NCBI RefSeq assembly: GCF_011386835.1
Contig: NC_088795.1
Location: forward strand, 58,466,001 to 58,530,000
Length of the DNA stretch: 64,000 nucleotides
DNA from: Chrysemys picta bellii
Taxonomy: Eukaryota
Direction: 5' to 3'
Part shown: one piece after another, positions 50,730-62,776 of the stretch
Numbering within the stretch: position 1 is the stretch's first letter
Layout: each line of letters starts with the position of its first letter
The notes under the pieces: model-generated
The model's database searches: none
Told to the model about the DNA's origin: nothing
The model's input: only the letters and a program-made list of their open reading frames with translations
Program-made: the position numbers and the translations under genes

Positions 50730-52028
50730 TGTGATGGGTTTGGTCATAGAGATCCCTTTCGGACTGTCACCTGATGTGCTGAAATTACCTCTGAGCCCGT
50801 TTTCCCTGCCAGCTTAGGACTTCCAGAACCCTGTCTTGTTGAGCCAGACATGCTAGCCTGCTGCAACACAGACCCAGGGTCTGGTCCACGCCCCCAAAGC
50901 TTCAGACTTTAACTAAAAACAGCTCAGCACCTGTCTCCAGCACCCAGACACCCAGCTCCTAATGGGGTCCAAACCCCAAATAAATCTGTTTTACTCTGTA
51001 TAAAGCTTACACAGGGTAAATTTGTAAATTGTTTGCCCTCTTTATCACTGATAGAGAGATATGCACAGCTGTTTGTTCCCCCACGTATTAATCACTTACT
51101 CTGGGTTTATTAATAAACAAAAGTGATTTATTAAGTATAAAAAGTAGGATTTAAGTGATTTCAAGTAATAACAGACAGAACAAAGTAAGTCACCAAGGAA
51201 AATAAAGCAAAAACATGCAAGTCTAAGCCTAATACACTAAGAAATTGATTACAGGTAATATCTCACCCTCAGAGATGTTCCAATAAGCCTCTTTCACAGA
51301 CTAGACTCATTCCTAGTCTGGGCCCAATTCTTTGCCCTGGTACAGTCCTTGTTAGTTCCAGCAGGCATTTCAGGTGGTAAACAGGGGTTTTCTCATGACT
51401 GGTCCCCATTTGTCCTGCTCCACCCCCTTTTATAGCTTTGGCATAAGACAGGAATCTTTTGTCTCTCTGGGTCCTCACCCCTCCTAAATAGAAAAGTACC
51501 AGATTTAAGATGGCTTCTAGCCTCATGTGACATGGTCACATGTCACTGTAAGACCCTCTAGTCTCCATTCTTCTTAGGTTTCAGAGTAGCAGCTGTGTTA
51601 GTCTGTATCCACAAAAAGAAGAACAGGAGTACTTGTGGCACCTTAGAGACTAACAAATTTATTAGAGCATAAGCTTTTGTGGACTACAGCCCACTTCTTA
51701 GGCTGGCCCATGCATACACAGGAAGGTTTGCAGGTAAATAAACCATTTACAACCAATTGTCCTAGTCAATGGGAGCCATCGAGATTCTAAACCACCATTA
51801 ATGGCCCACACTTTGCATAATTACAATAGGGCCTCAGAGTTATACTTCATATTTCTAGCTTCAGATACAAGAATGATACATGGATACTAATAGGAAGAAT
51901 ATATTCAGTAGGTTATAATCTTTGTTATGATACCTTACAAGAGACCTTTTGCATAAAGCATATTCCAAGTACATCATAGTCACACTCATAAGCCTATTTC
52001 CATAAAACATATGGAGTGCAACGTCACA
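50730..52028 (-). mobile_element. Solo LTR (~1.3 kb including nested insert)
   Basis: TGTGATGGG...ACGTCACA termini and flanks GAGGG/GAGGA. Minus-strand TATAAAAGGGG (plus CCCCTTTTATA ~51424). Confidence 0.85.
51578..51693. mobile_element. Penelope-like terminal-repeat fragment nested in solo LTR, ending in a hammerhead remnant
   Basis: GTTTCAGAGTAGCAGCTGTGTTAGTCTGTATCC...GGCACCTTAGAGACTAAC...AAGCTTTTGTGGACTACAGCCCAC, flanked by CTTCTTAG duplicated at 51570-51577 and 51694-51701. Confidence 0.8.
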
Positions 52029-53573
52029 GAGGAATTGAAGTAGGATTATGAGGTAGCTTAGCACATGTTTATGGGGCACACCAATTGACTATGTAAGCTG
52101 TGAGGCAGTGGAGAATCAGACCCACTGAGAGTAGCTAGACACAAACTGAATACAAGTTAGGTGAATCATTCAGTTCACTTATAGGATTGTCCTATAAGTC
52201 ATAAGTGGCAGGAAGGGGCAGGGGAGTCATTGCACTACCTCCAATATATATTTATTTATATCTATAGGAAAAAAGTTGCCACTCAAATCTAGAAGAAAAT
52301 CCTGGTGCACACAGCTCATTGTGTGTGTCCTGAATACCTGTTTGCATAACCTATTTGCATATCTTGTAGAGATAACAATAGCTTCTTGCAAATACTTCAA
52401 GTGTCACAGTTTAACTTGTTATATAAGGTAGCTCTTCATTCTGTTCTATCTCAGGGACAAATTAGCCAGAAAGGACATAATGTCATGTACTTGATAGCCC
52501 CTCTGGGAAGGCCATCCTTTTGCCCCTAGTATCCCACTATGTTTCTGATGTGTTCCCCAGTTTCTTTCACTTTGCTCCTTTGTTCAACTCCTCTTCTACT
52601 TGTACATCTAGTGAGATAACCCTTTACAATACACATATTCTTTTATCCTTGCAGTTGCATTGAATCAGTATGCTCTTTTACTCAAGCTCAGCCATATTGA
52701 ATCAGTCACTCAGTCACACTGCATCAGATTCATGCTGAGCAGCCAGGCATATTTACTTCCAGACATACTCCCACTCACATTTCTTGTTCTGTTTGCTTGT
52801 GCTCCTTCATTATCACTACCCTCCAAGCAACAGCACTAGGGAGCTCAGAGGAACTTAGAGATACAGAATTACTTTACCAACGAGTATCTTTCTCAGTTAT
52901 TTTTCTGAGACTTTCACAAAATATAGATTAATGTTTTGATGTTCTCTCACTTCCCTTTCTTTGTATTCCTCCAAAATGATGTGTGGATTTATTCTAGTAG
53001 AATTTAATAAGACACCTAACTAGTGGTTTTCTTTAGTAGAAGCTCACCACTTGTATGTTGTTTTTGTAGCACTGAAGTGTGCAGAGACACAGGCCATGTG
53101 ACTGTTGTCCCACTGAAATCCTCATGAAACCAAGATTGTGTCTTAAGGTTATCCCTGCGAGAACATTTTTAAATTAATAAGTTAGTTCACTGTTTGGGAA
53201 GGATGTTTCCTCCTAAAAGATATAGCCACAGCAGATGTGTGGCAGCAATTCTCTTCTTCAAGGTTTATCACAATTCATTCTCAGTCATTCCTGTTTCTTT
53301 TAAACAGCTACTCTGGTATAATATAATACACTATATCCCAAATTATCTGAAAGCATAAAATGTCTACCAAGGTTAAAATTTATAGTGCCATATTTAGCAT
53401 TAGCAACAACTTTACCAGGCAACTAAAGCCTCTGAAAGTTGTTGTTTTTCCCTCCTCTGTCTTGTGCTTTGTCTATCTCATTGTGGCAAATGCTGTGATT
53501 ACACCCATTTGGCAGCCTTAATTTCTCTTCTCTAGCCACAGCTGCTTTCTATGATTTAGTTTTGTCCACTGAG

Positions 53574-53965
53574 TACCAGAGACCAGGCCATGGGCAGTTA
53601 TATCTAATGGTCTGAGCAGGAGTCAGCAGCCAGGAATCAAAGCCCTGAGACTGAACTATAGTAAGAGGCCAGGCACCAGAGCCAGAGGTCAGGAATCGGA
53701 ACTGAGGGGCAGAAATGAGTTACCTGGAGCGAGGCAAGGCTAGGTCTAAGGCAGGGATAGGGCTGGGAACACACAGGAGCTATTACAGCTGTGGGCAAAT
53801 GTTTTAAGGAGCCACTGAACAGTTGTTGCAGCTGGGCTTAAGAGCCGGTCTGCTGACTTTTCTAGCCAATCTGGTGGTATAGCTCATCAGGCAGCCTACT
53901 ACAGGTTATCTGTGTTCATTAGGATGCTCAGAGACTAGGTGTGCTGCAGATACTGCTTCCTGACA
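53574..53965. mobile_element. Probable short solo LTR
   Basis: Ends CCTGACA and is flanked by CTGAG on both sides (53569-53573, 53966-53970). The left terminus reads TA rather than TG. Confidence 0.5.
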
Positions 53966-54149
53966 CTGAGTGTCCTGTTTTTTTGAGCTAGCTATCCTAT
54001 TTAGTACCAGTTACTGCTCTAAATTTCAGATATGAATAATCTCCTGGATGTCTGTTTGGCATAAACATATGCACCCTTTCATCATTGTTAGCAGAATATA
54101 TTGATTAAATACCCGAAGAACCAGCAGAGTCAATTCTTCAGAAAATTGT

Positions 54150-54590
54150 AGAATTTATAAGAGTGCTCCAAGTTTGTTTTCTGATTTTCCTTCTCTCAGG
54201 ACTTGCCTTCTGTTTTCAAAGTAGCTACGCTGAACACCTATATTAAATACATCAACATCTTTTACCAGAGTGTTTCTTTTTGCAGAAGGCACTATTTCTG
54301 ATCAGATGCAGCTGACATTATATTTGCTTGCTTCATGTTCATAGTTCAACCTTTGCACTTTCTTGCTGCAGTTTTCTTATTGTGGACATTAATCCCCCCA
54401 AATTATCTCATCTGATATAAGCACACTGTTGTCTGTAAATCTCAAGTGTCTAAATCTTTTGGCATTTTTATTCCATTTGTGGAAATCTTCTTTCAGATAG
54501 TCTGTAAACAGTTTAGGTGATATTGGTCTCACTGCCTAACTTTTCTGCTTACATTTATTTGACTATTGTCTGCCTTCTATTGTCTGGCAT
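54150..54590 (-). pseudogene. RTE-clade LINE reverse transcriptase remnant
   Basis: Manual minus-strand translation gives INVSRKVRQ*D / ISPKLFTDYLKE...RHLRFTDNSVLIS, matching the RTE motifs GVRQGDxISPKLF and HLRFADDIVL. Confidence 0.75.
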
Positions 54591-55684
54591 CACTGGGACA
54601 GATTCATCATGGGTGCAACTCCAGTAGCTTTCGAACCCCAAACCAGGATGCTTGAAGTGCATTTTTTAAAGGAATAATATCACTAAATCACAACCAATAT
54701 ATATGCATAAGGAAGAAATAGTTACAATTCAAGATTGCACAATATTGGTCAACATGGCAAGATTCTGCCTGGTCCTCCAACCATGTACAAAGGGGGAACA
54801 AGTTGCAAGGACCTTTCCCACATCACATGCTCCCCTAAAGAGGCCAGTACCAGTCTTGGAGGGGATGATCCTGGCTAGCTCCTCTTTCTAGTGCTAGCTT
54901 CTTAAAAGTGTTGGGGAGAGACAGAATGAATGCAAGGCCATGTCTGGCACCCTGGTAGTGGAGCTTTCAGTGAAATATGTATGCCACCTGAGCTCCAAGA
55001 GGAATTCTGGCTGAGTCACCCTGAATTCCTCCTGCAGTTTCAGCTCCAGAGCAGCTCATCCTACAACCCCATTCCAATGCAGACAATGGGCTAGACTCTG
55101 AGCTGATGTAAATCAATTTCAGCTAAAACAGATTACACCAGCTGATACTGTGGCCGTTGCCATCTATGCGATGGTTTTCTCAATAAAATGTCTCCTCTCG
55201 AGAATTCCCAGGTGGCTTCTCAATGGTCCAATCAGAAAATTTCAAAAAAAGGGATAATCCTGAAGATTGTCAATAGATGTACTCATAAAGTTAAAATAAA
55301 ATAGTGTGGTAACGCAGCGTACCTCTGAATCTTAGAACAAAACCAAATTACAGCACAATGCTGATTTGCCAGGTAACCAAAGACTGGTTATGTTCCCTGA
55401 GTTTGCACTGACTGATGCTCTAGTCCTAGATAATGACTTCCATACTGCTTAGCTCTTTGGGACCATCTTCTTGCCTCCTCTGCTTTGCCATCTTACATTG
55501 GAGAAATCAAACCCTTTCTGTACTGTAATCAATATACTCATCTAAATTTTACAAAAGTTCTGAGTTCTCCCCAAAAGAAACATTTGTGAAGTCCAGTTTC
55601 AGCTGAATTTGTCCCATATTCAAATTCTGGAGAATTTTCAAAAGATGGGGATGTCTTTAAGAAAATAACTTTAAAGTAGGCCTA

Positions 55685-56706
55685 TGCCACAGATCTGGTT
55701 GAACTCCCACCATTGGAAAATCACTCTGAGGGGATCCACCCAACTGGACCTTGTGTGTTTTAAGGCTCCAGAGTCTGAACAGAATCCAGGCCCTACCCTG
55801 GGATCTCTAGGCACACTCTCAGGGTGCAGATTCTCTGTCTAATAACCCGTTCTGAGACCACACAGTCCAACTGCCTAGTCCCTAGAACCAGTTCTGTCCC
55901 CTCCTATTCTTCCTTAGTTTTAATACACCCTCTCCCAGAAGTCCAGCTGTGGTTGCTCTGGGTTTACAATCTACCTCTTCACGGGCACATGTCAGTAAAA
56001 GCAAGCAAGCAAACACATAGATAGACTGCACAGGATTTTAAAAGACCATTGCTTTTTACTTAGTAGCATGAGAAATACACAGATCTACATGAAATAAGAA
56101 GCACACCTATACACTTTTCCCTGCCTTCGGTTCCTCACGGCTCTGCAGAGTCCTTTAGGGCATGGGCAGACACCTCTGTGGTTTCCAAGATCCTTCCTTG
56201 CAGCTTATGACTTCTCTTCTGAATCATGGAGTCTTGCCAGACCAACTAGCTTTCTCTGACCTCAGTTGGTCTCCAGTAACAGGATCACCCTGCTACAAAA
56301 AGTGTACCCGTCTCGTCCCCTCTCCTGCCCAAAGCTTCCTGTTTCAGTAAGTCTCATGAGCTTATACACTCCCCACCCCGTCAACACCTGGTTCCTTTGT
56401 TCTGTGGCTAGTACTTTCCCACTCTTCATTTCACCAGCCCCTTGCAGACATACTAGAGGAAGTAGCTTCTCCCAGCTCCAGACAACCTTCTTAGCATACC
56501 AGTTGTGCAGTCCAGAGCACAGTCATTCAGGTTAACAACTCTCCATTGTATCTGGTCTGGGAGAGATATGCTTATAGCCTTGTCAGCAAATGGTGGATTC
56601 CCCATGCACATAGAGGCATTCCATGATACAACAATTCTCATAACAACTTCCCTAACATCAACCAGTAGTCATAAATTTTTAAGACAAGATTCCTGAAATT
56701 GTCACA
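55685..56706. mobile_element. Solo LTR (~1.0 kb)
   Basis: TGCCACAG...TTGTCACA termini and flanks GCCTA/GCCTG. Confidence 0.65.
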
Positions 56707-58063
56707 GCCTGTTTCCTAGATTTATACAGTTGCATATAAGAGTAATATATCTAAGCTGACACTTTTAAGAATCATGGCGAAGGCTTGGCCTATGATATAA
56801 AGAAATCAATTGTTAGTTACGAGAAGCGGTTACTAACCCATTAAAAAAATATAACATTACATTGTTTCCAGAATGAAACCAATAGTGGTGACGTAGAGTG
56901 ATTTTTAACCATTATTTCTCAAATAGACTAACAAATGTCTGACTGTATATGTGCCCACGGCCCTCAGGGAACACCAATAGATTGATATATTTGTCATCAT
57001 GATCAAGGGGCAAAAGGATTGCAAACTATCCACAGGTTTTAGATTTCCAGCGGTCACAGAATGAAGCTAGTCTCCCTTGTGTGGTAGCAATTGCTGAATT
57101 TTTTGGGGGAGGGGATGGTAACAAAAAGTGTCCAAGTAAATTGTGTATGTATTGTTAGGATATAGATATTCAGGCCTGTCTGCAAAGGCCTATACTTTAA
57201 GAATCTAGGTGTATTCTTATCACTTAGCTAGTTATAGAGGTATCAAAGAAAGAATCAAAATCACAGTCTGTCTGCGTAAGGGCCTTCTCTTACTGTGACA
57301 GTCTGAGGCCCTGTTCTTAGGCTAAGCTTTTGGCTAAGGGTATGTCTACAGTACGAAATTAAATCAAACTTATTCTATTCAAATTTTCAGAAGCGTGAAT
57401 TCGGCGGAGTGCGTCCACAATACCGAGGCTAGCATCGAATGTCGGAGCGGTGCACTGTGGGAAACTATCCCACAGTTCCCACAGTCCCCACCGCCCATTG
57501 GAATTCTGGGTTAAGCTCCCAGTGCATGATGGGGCAAAAACATTCTCGCGGGTGTTTCTGGGTGTGTCGTCACTCGCTCCTCCCTCCGTGAAAGCTACGG
57601 CAGATGCCATACTGCCAGTAGATGGTGCAGTACAGTGCACCGTCTGTCTCCTGGTACTATGAATCCACCTCGCATGTCCTCTCATCTTTCTATCTACTCT
57701 TTTATCTAACCATTTCCCGCCTTTTTTCGGCTACCATGAACCGAGCAGCACAGCTTCCGTCGCAAACTCTGCTCTCCCGCTCTTGCATTGCTAGCTAATT
57801 TTCCATGTTGTTGGTCCTGGGCTCCCATGGAAGCTACAGAAGGCAACAATTTCCTGCCGTTTTTCGGCCATCGTGAACTGAGCCACACAGCTTCCACCAC
57901 AAACTCTGCTCTCCTGCTCTTGCAGCTCCAGTGAGCTTCCCACCTCCGTGAAAGCTACAGAAGACAACCATTTACCTACTTTTATCAGCCGTTTTGAACC
58001 GAACAGCTCTCCTACATTTTGCACCCTTTTTCCAGGATTATCCATGCAGGCACTATAGCAAGC

Positions 58064-59327
58064 ATGGAGCCTGCTCAGATCTCCGCTGCAGTTTTGACCA
58101 TTGTAAATACCTCATGCATTATCCAGCAGTATGTGCAGTACCTGCAAAACCAGGCGAGGAAGCGACGCCAGCACGATTACAATACTGATGAAGACATGGC
58201 CACAGACGTTCCTAGAAGCATGGCATGTGGCGATTGGGAGATCATAGTGGCATTGGGCCAGGTTCATGCCGTGGAATGCCGATTCTGGGTCCGGGAAACA
58301 AGCACAGACTGGTGGGACCGTATAGTGTTGCAGGTCTGGGATGATTCCCAGTGGCTGCGAAACTTTCGTATGCGTAAGGCCACTTTCATGGAACTTTGTG
58401 ATTTGCTGTCCCCTGCCCTGAAGCGCAAAGACACCAAAATGAGAGCAGCCCTCACAGTTGAGAAGCGAGTTGCCATAGCACTGTGAAAGCTTGCAACGCC
58501 CGACAGCTACGGGTCACTCAGGAATCAGTTTGGAGTGGGCAAATCTACTGTAGGGGCTGCTGTGCTGCAAGTAGCCAACACAATCATTGACCAGCTGCTA
58601 TCAATGGTAATGACTTTGGAAAATGTGCAGACCATTGTGGATGGCTTTAATGCGCTGGGGTTCCCTAACTGTGGCGGGGTGATAGACGGAACACATATCC
58701 CTATCTTGGCCCTGGAACACCGGGGCAGCCAGTACATAAACCGCAAGGGGTACTTTTCCATGGTGCTGCAAGCACTGGTGGATCACAAGGGACGTTTCAC
58801 CAACATCAACGTGGGATGGCCAGGAAAGGTGCATGATGCTCGCATCTTCAGGAACTCTGGTCTGTTTGAACAGCTGCAGGAAGGGACTTACTTCCCAGAC
58901 CAGAAAATTACTGTTGGGGATGTTGAAATGCCTATAGTTATCCTCAGGGACCCAGCCTACCCCTTAATGCCATGGCTCATGAAGCCGTACACAGGCACCC
59001 CGGACAGTAGTAAGGAGCAGTTCAACTATAGACTGAGCAAGTGCAGAATGGTGCTTTTACATGTTTGAAAGTGCGCTGGTGCAATTTACTCAGTTAGATC
59101 TCAGCACAACCAATATTCCAATTGTAATTGCTTCTTGTTGTGTGCTCCACAATATCTGTGAGAGTAAGGGGGAGATGTTTATGGAGTGATGGGAGGTTGA
59201 GGCAACTCGCCTGGTGGCCAATTTTGCACAGCCAGACAACAAGGTGATTAGAAGAGCGCAGCAGGGCGCGCTGTGCATCGGAGAAGCTTTGAAAACTAGT
59301 TTCATGACTGGCCAGTGTATGGTGTGA
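58064..59327 (+). pseudogene. Harbinger transposase (HARBI1-like DDE), disrupted
   Basis: MEPAQI...WLRNFRMRKATFMELC...VAIAL*KLA..., then GGVIDGTH, NRKGYFS, WPGKVHDARIF and DPAYPL in one frame. In-frame TGA at 58484-58486 and a frameshift near 59053. The end coordinate is inferred. Confidence 0.92.
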
Positions 59328-59524
59328 CAGTTGTGTTTGTTTCTTTTGAAGTTACCCACCCCCTATATATATGAACGGAAATAAAGTCAAAATTGTTTTA
59401 AAACCATTCTTTATTATTTGTTGCACTACACATTGAGAGAAATCAGAAGGTAGACCGGGGGGAGGGGGGCAGTATTGGTTTAGGGGGGGTGGAGGAGGAG
59501 GGAAGGACAAGTCCAGAAACCAAA

Positions 59525-59994
59525 TCAAAAGTTCGCATATGCCAGCTCTCTGCTGCTTGGGTGATCCTCTGGAGTTGAGTGTGTGGGTCCCTGTAGCCTC
59601 TCCCCTCATGTTCTTGGGCGTCTGGTTGAGGAGGCTATGGAACTTGGGGAGGAGAGAGGGCGGTTATACAGGGGCTGCAGCGGCAGTCTGTGGTCTTGCT
59701 GCCTTTCCTGCATTAGATCCACCATACAGCGCAGCATGTCAGTTTGCTCCCCCATGAGCTTGACCATAGCATCCTGCCTGCTCTCATTGTGCACGTCCCT
59801 CCTCTGTTCGTGTTCCTGTAATGCTTTACGGGACTCCGCAATTGTTTGCCTCCATTCATTCAGCTGGGCCCTAACAGTGTGGGAGGACTGCACGAGCTCG
59901 GCGAACATGTTGTCCTGAGTTCGTTTTTTCCGCCTTCTAATCTGGATCAGCCTCTGGGACAGAGTAGATAGGGGCCTCGTTGAAACATTTGCAC
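59525..59994 (-). pseudogene. Last exon of the Harbinger second (Myb/SANT partner) gene, coiled-coil C-terminal part
   Basis: Minus-strand acceptor CCCTTTTTCTCCTCCCGCAG|GTGC at 59995/59994, then RRRKKRTQDNMFAEL...RQDAMVKLMGEQTDMLRCMVDL. Premature TGA at 59606-59608, with the frame continuing to a stop at 59525-59527. The assignment rests on the known two-gene Harbinger layout. Confidence 0.7.
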
Positions 59995-62679
59995 CTGCGG
60001 GAGGAGAAAAAGGGTAGTATTTTAAAAGAAACATTTTAGAGAACAAAGAGGACACTCCTTCTCAGTGAAACAGGCAATTCATAGTACACAGCACATGTTC
60101 TTTCTGTACAAGTTAGCATTTTGCCTCTTATACTAAAGTGCCTGCCACTTTGGTGCGAGTAAGCCATCATACACAGCTGGGCAACAGAATTCAGCTTGCA
60201 GGCAGCTTAGGGGCATGTGGGGTTCTGCTTCTTCTACATTCATTTCAATGCTTTCGAACTGCTGGGCCTCCTTTCCCATAGCAAGCAACGCCTGGTGGGA
60301 AGCAGTGTCATATAAAAGGAGGGCTCGTGGGCTCTCTGAGATGATCGCTTCACAGAACACCCTCCCCCCCCCCACACACACACCCATTGTGTGGCTCCGA
60401 TGAGGCTCTAAGCAGGGATGAGCCCTTTAAACTAAACGATGGTGGACTGTCCTGATGGTCACCTGTGCTGATGGTGACCAAACAGGAAATGAAATTCAAA
60501 AGTTCCCGGAGCTTTTCCTGCCCACCTGGCTAGTGCATCGGAGTTGAGAGTATAGTCCAGAGAGGTCACAAGGGAGCATTCTGGGATAGCTCCCGGAGGC
60601 CAATAATGTCGAATTGCATCCACAATACCTTTAACCCAGGATTGCAATCTCGATTTAAGTGCTACGCCACTTGCTGAGGTGGAGTACAGAAATCGGATTA
60701 AAGAGCCCTTAAAATAAAAAAAATTAAAAAAAAAGGTTTGGTTGTGTGGACGGAATCATATTTTTTTAAATTAACTCGGCTAATTCCAAAATAACTGACT
60801 AGTATAGACCAGGCCTAAGCAGCAGAGGCCAGCCATAAGCTGGGAAGTGTATGGTCACATCCTTACATTCCAAACTAGTCACATTGAAATAAGGTGCTAT
60901 TGGGCTGTTAGGAATACAATCCTGTCCTGATATTCCTATCACCTCCAGAGAAAGGGAAGAGCCTAGAAGATGTAAAAGGAAACTTAGTTTTATAGCATCC
61001 TGTCTGGCAAGAACTCACTTATCAATAGCTGGGATGTGAAATCCTCATTTCTGTATTGTTCTATCACTATAATCTCCACTTCCCTATTGTTTGTCTGTAT
61101 AATCTGTCTGGTTCTGTGATTGTTTCTGTCTGCTGTATAATTAATTTTGTTGGGTGTAAACCAGTTAAGGTGGTGGGATACAATTGGTTAAATAATTATG
61201 TTACAATATGTTAGGATTGGTTTGTTAAATTTTAGTAAAATGATTGGTTAAGGTATAGCTAAGCAAAACTCAAGTTTTACTATATAGTCTGCAGTCAATC
61301 AGGAAGTAAGGGGGGGAATGGGAACAGGGAATGGGGATGGGGGAATTGGAATCATGTTTCACTAAGTGAGGCCAGGGGGGAATGGGAACAGGGACACAGG
61401 CAAGGCTCTGTGGTGTCAGAGCTGGGAAGGGGGACACTGAGGAAGGAAACTGGAATCATGCTTGCTGGAAGTTCACCCCAATAAACATCGAATTGTTTGC
61501 ACCTTTGGACTTCGGGTATTGTTGCTCTGTTCATGCGAGACGGACCAGCGAAGTGAGCGGGTGAAGGAATAAGCCCCATAACATGTATTCCTGCTGATTA
61601 TTTGTTTATTAGGGATTTACAGACATAAAAATGCCTATCCTCGCTGCAGACAATTATTAAATATCAAATCAGTCCAAAAATAACAGACCAATGTGGTATG
61701 TATCCGTTTTATCAACTGTAACCACCTACCAGATTTTTGCAAGCCATTTGCTGATTGTTGGGATAACTGGCTCATGTCTGGCAACAGCAATAACAATTCT
61801 TGCTGCAAGTAAAAAAGAACTCCAAATTGTGTTAAACTTTATGAGAACCCACAATTTGTTTCCCTTTGCAGAAAATAGATGTACAATTGGCATTATTATA
61901 ACCTTGGGGCATACAGAGCTTTGCCATTCTCCCACTGATTAGTTGTAAGCATCTCTCCTCTCTTGACTATGTAAACTGGGTTATCTGGTCATGAGTTTAA
62001 AAACATTGCTTACTTTTCGTAATAAAAATATGAAATAAACCTAACCCTAAAAAAATATTTAATGACACAGAGTTTTGAAAAAGCAAATACATAAAGACTT
62101 GGGCTTTGTAACCAAAAACCATCCTATCCAAACCAGAAATCAAAAAGATGGTTTGTGCCCCCCCAGACTTAGAACTGTGAGGGGTAGACTTTCCCTAGCT
62201 CATGTTGCTCCCCCCCGGCCACACAATGTGAGCATTGGGAAGAAATAGAAACTGCTGGTAGGGGCCACCTAGACACACAGGAGTAGAGACAAGCGCCTGC
62301 AGCAGAAACTTTTAGACATGGATGATGTCATCAGTGCGCAACTGCTTTTTTCAGTTTTTACTCTGGACATTCTCTCCTCTGTCCTGATTGGCCATTTGCT
62401 CCAACCCCCTCACAGTCCCTCTCTCACAGTCTCTTCACTTCACCCTCATTCCACCTGCTCTATATAGTTCTCTTCCGCTCCCTCCCCCTACTGCTCCTCC
62501 CTCTACCTTTACCACCTCCCTTCTGTGAGGAACTTAGAACTCACTCAAAAATCATGGACTGTAGATATAGGACACAATCTGAAATGTCTAAGGTTCAAAT
62601 TGTTGTCTCTAGCAAGGTACAAAGAGTGGGCTTCTGCATGGTATTGTTTCATGTATTCCTCTAGGTGGTTTAGTTTGCA

Positions 62680-62776
62680 CAGTTTAGATTGTATGCTGTT
62701 CAGGGCAGGGACCATGCATTCCTGCTTGTTCTGTAAAGTGCCACGTACACCCATGGGAGCTGTAGTAACTAATAAA
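62680..62776 (+). mobile_element. L2-type 3' tail remnant
   Basis: TAGATTGTATGCTGTTCAGGGCAGGGAC...TGTAAAGTGCC...AATAAA. Confidence 0.6.

Larger units (their letters stand above)
50560..52090 (-). mobile_element. Probable L2-type LINE remnant split by the solo LTR at 50730-52028
   Basis: Rejoined flanks read AAGGAGAGTTTTAAAGGAGG-AATTGAAGTAGGA, resembling reversed L2 ORF2 3' sequence. Boundaries are approximate. Confidence 0.4.
57338..60815. mobile_element. Harbinger DNA transposon, formerly autonomous type (3478 bp)
   Basis: Termini GGGTATGTCTACAGTA and TAGTATAGACCAGGCC. TSD TAA at 57335-57337 and 60816-60818. Carries two convergent genes. Confidence 0.95.
57153..61583 (+). mobile_element. 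Retroviral-type solo LTR (~950 bp when rejoined), interrupted by Harbinger
   Basis: TGTTAGG...CCATAACA termini, perfect 5-bp TSD TGTAT at 57148-57152 and 61584-61588, and AATAAA near 61480. Confidence 0.88.

Noticed and set aside
51665-51701. Currently active hammerhead ribozyme
   Set aside because: The catalytic core lacks a conserved G and GAAA is mutated, so this genomic copy is a remnant. The same applies to 37931-37969.
59995-60055. N-terminus of ORF 59606..60055 as a true start
   Set aside because: This part is a polypyrimidine tract and acceptor (intron). The coding exon begins at 59994.
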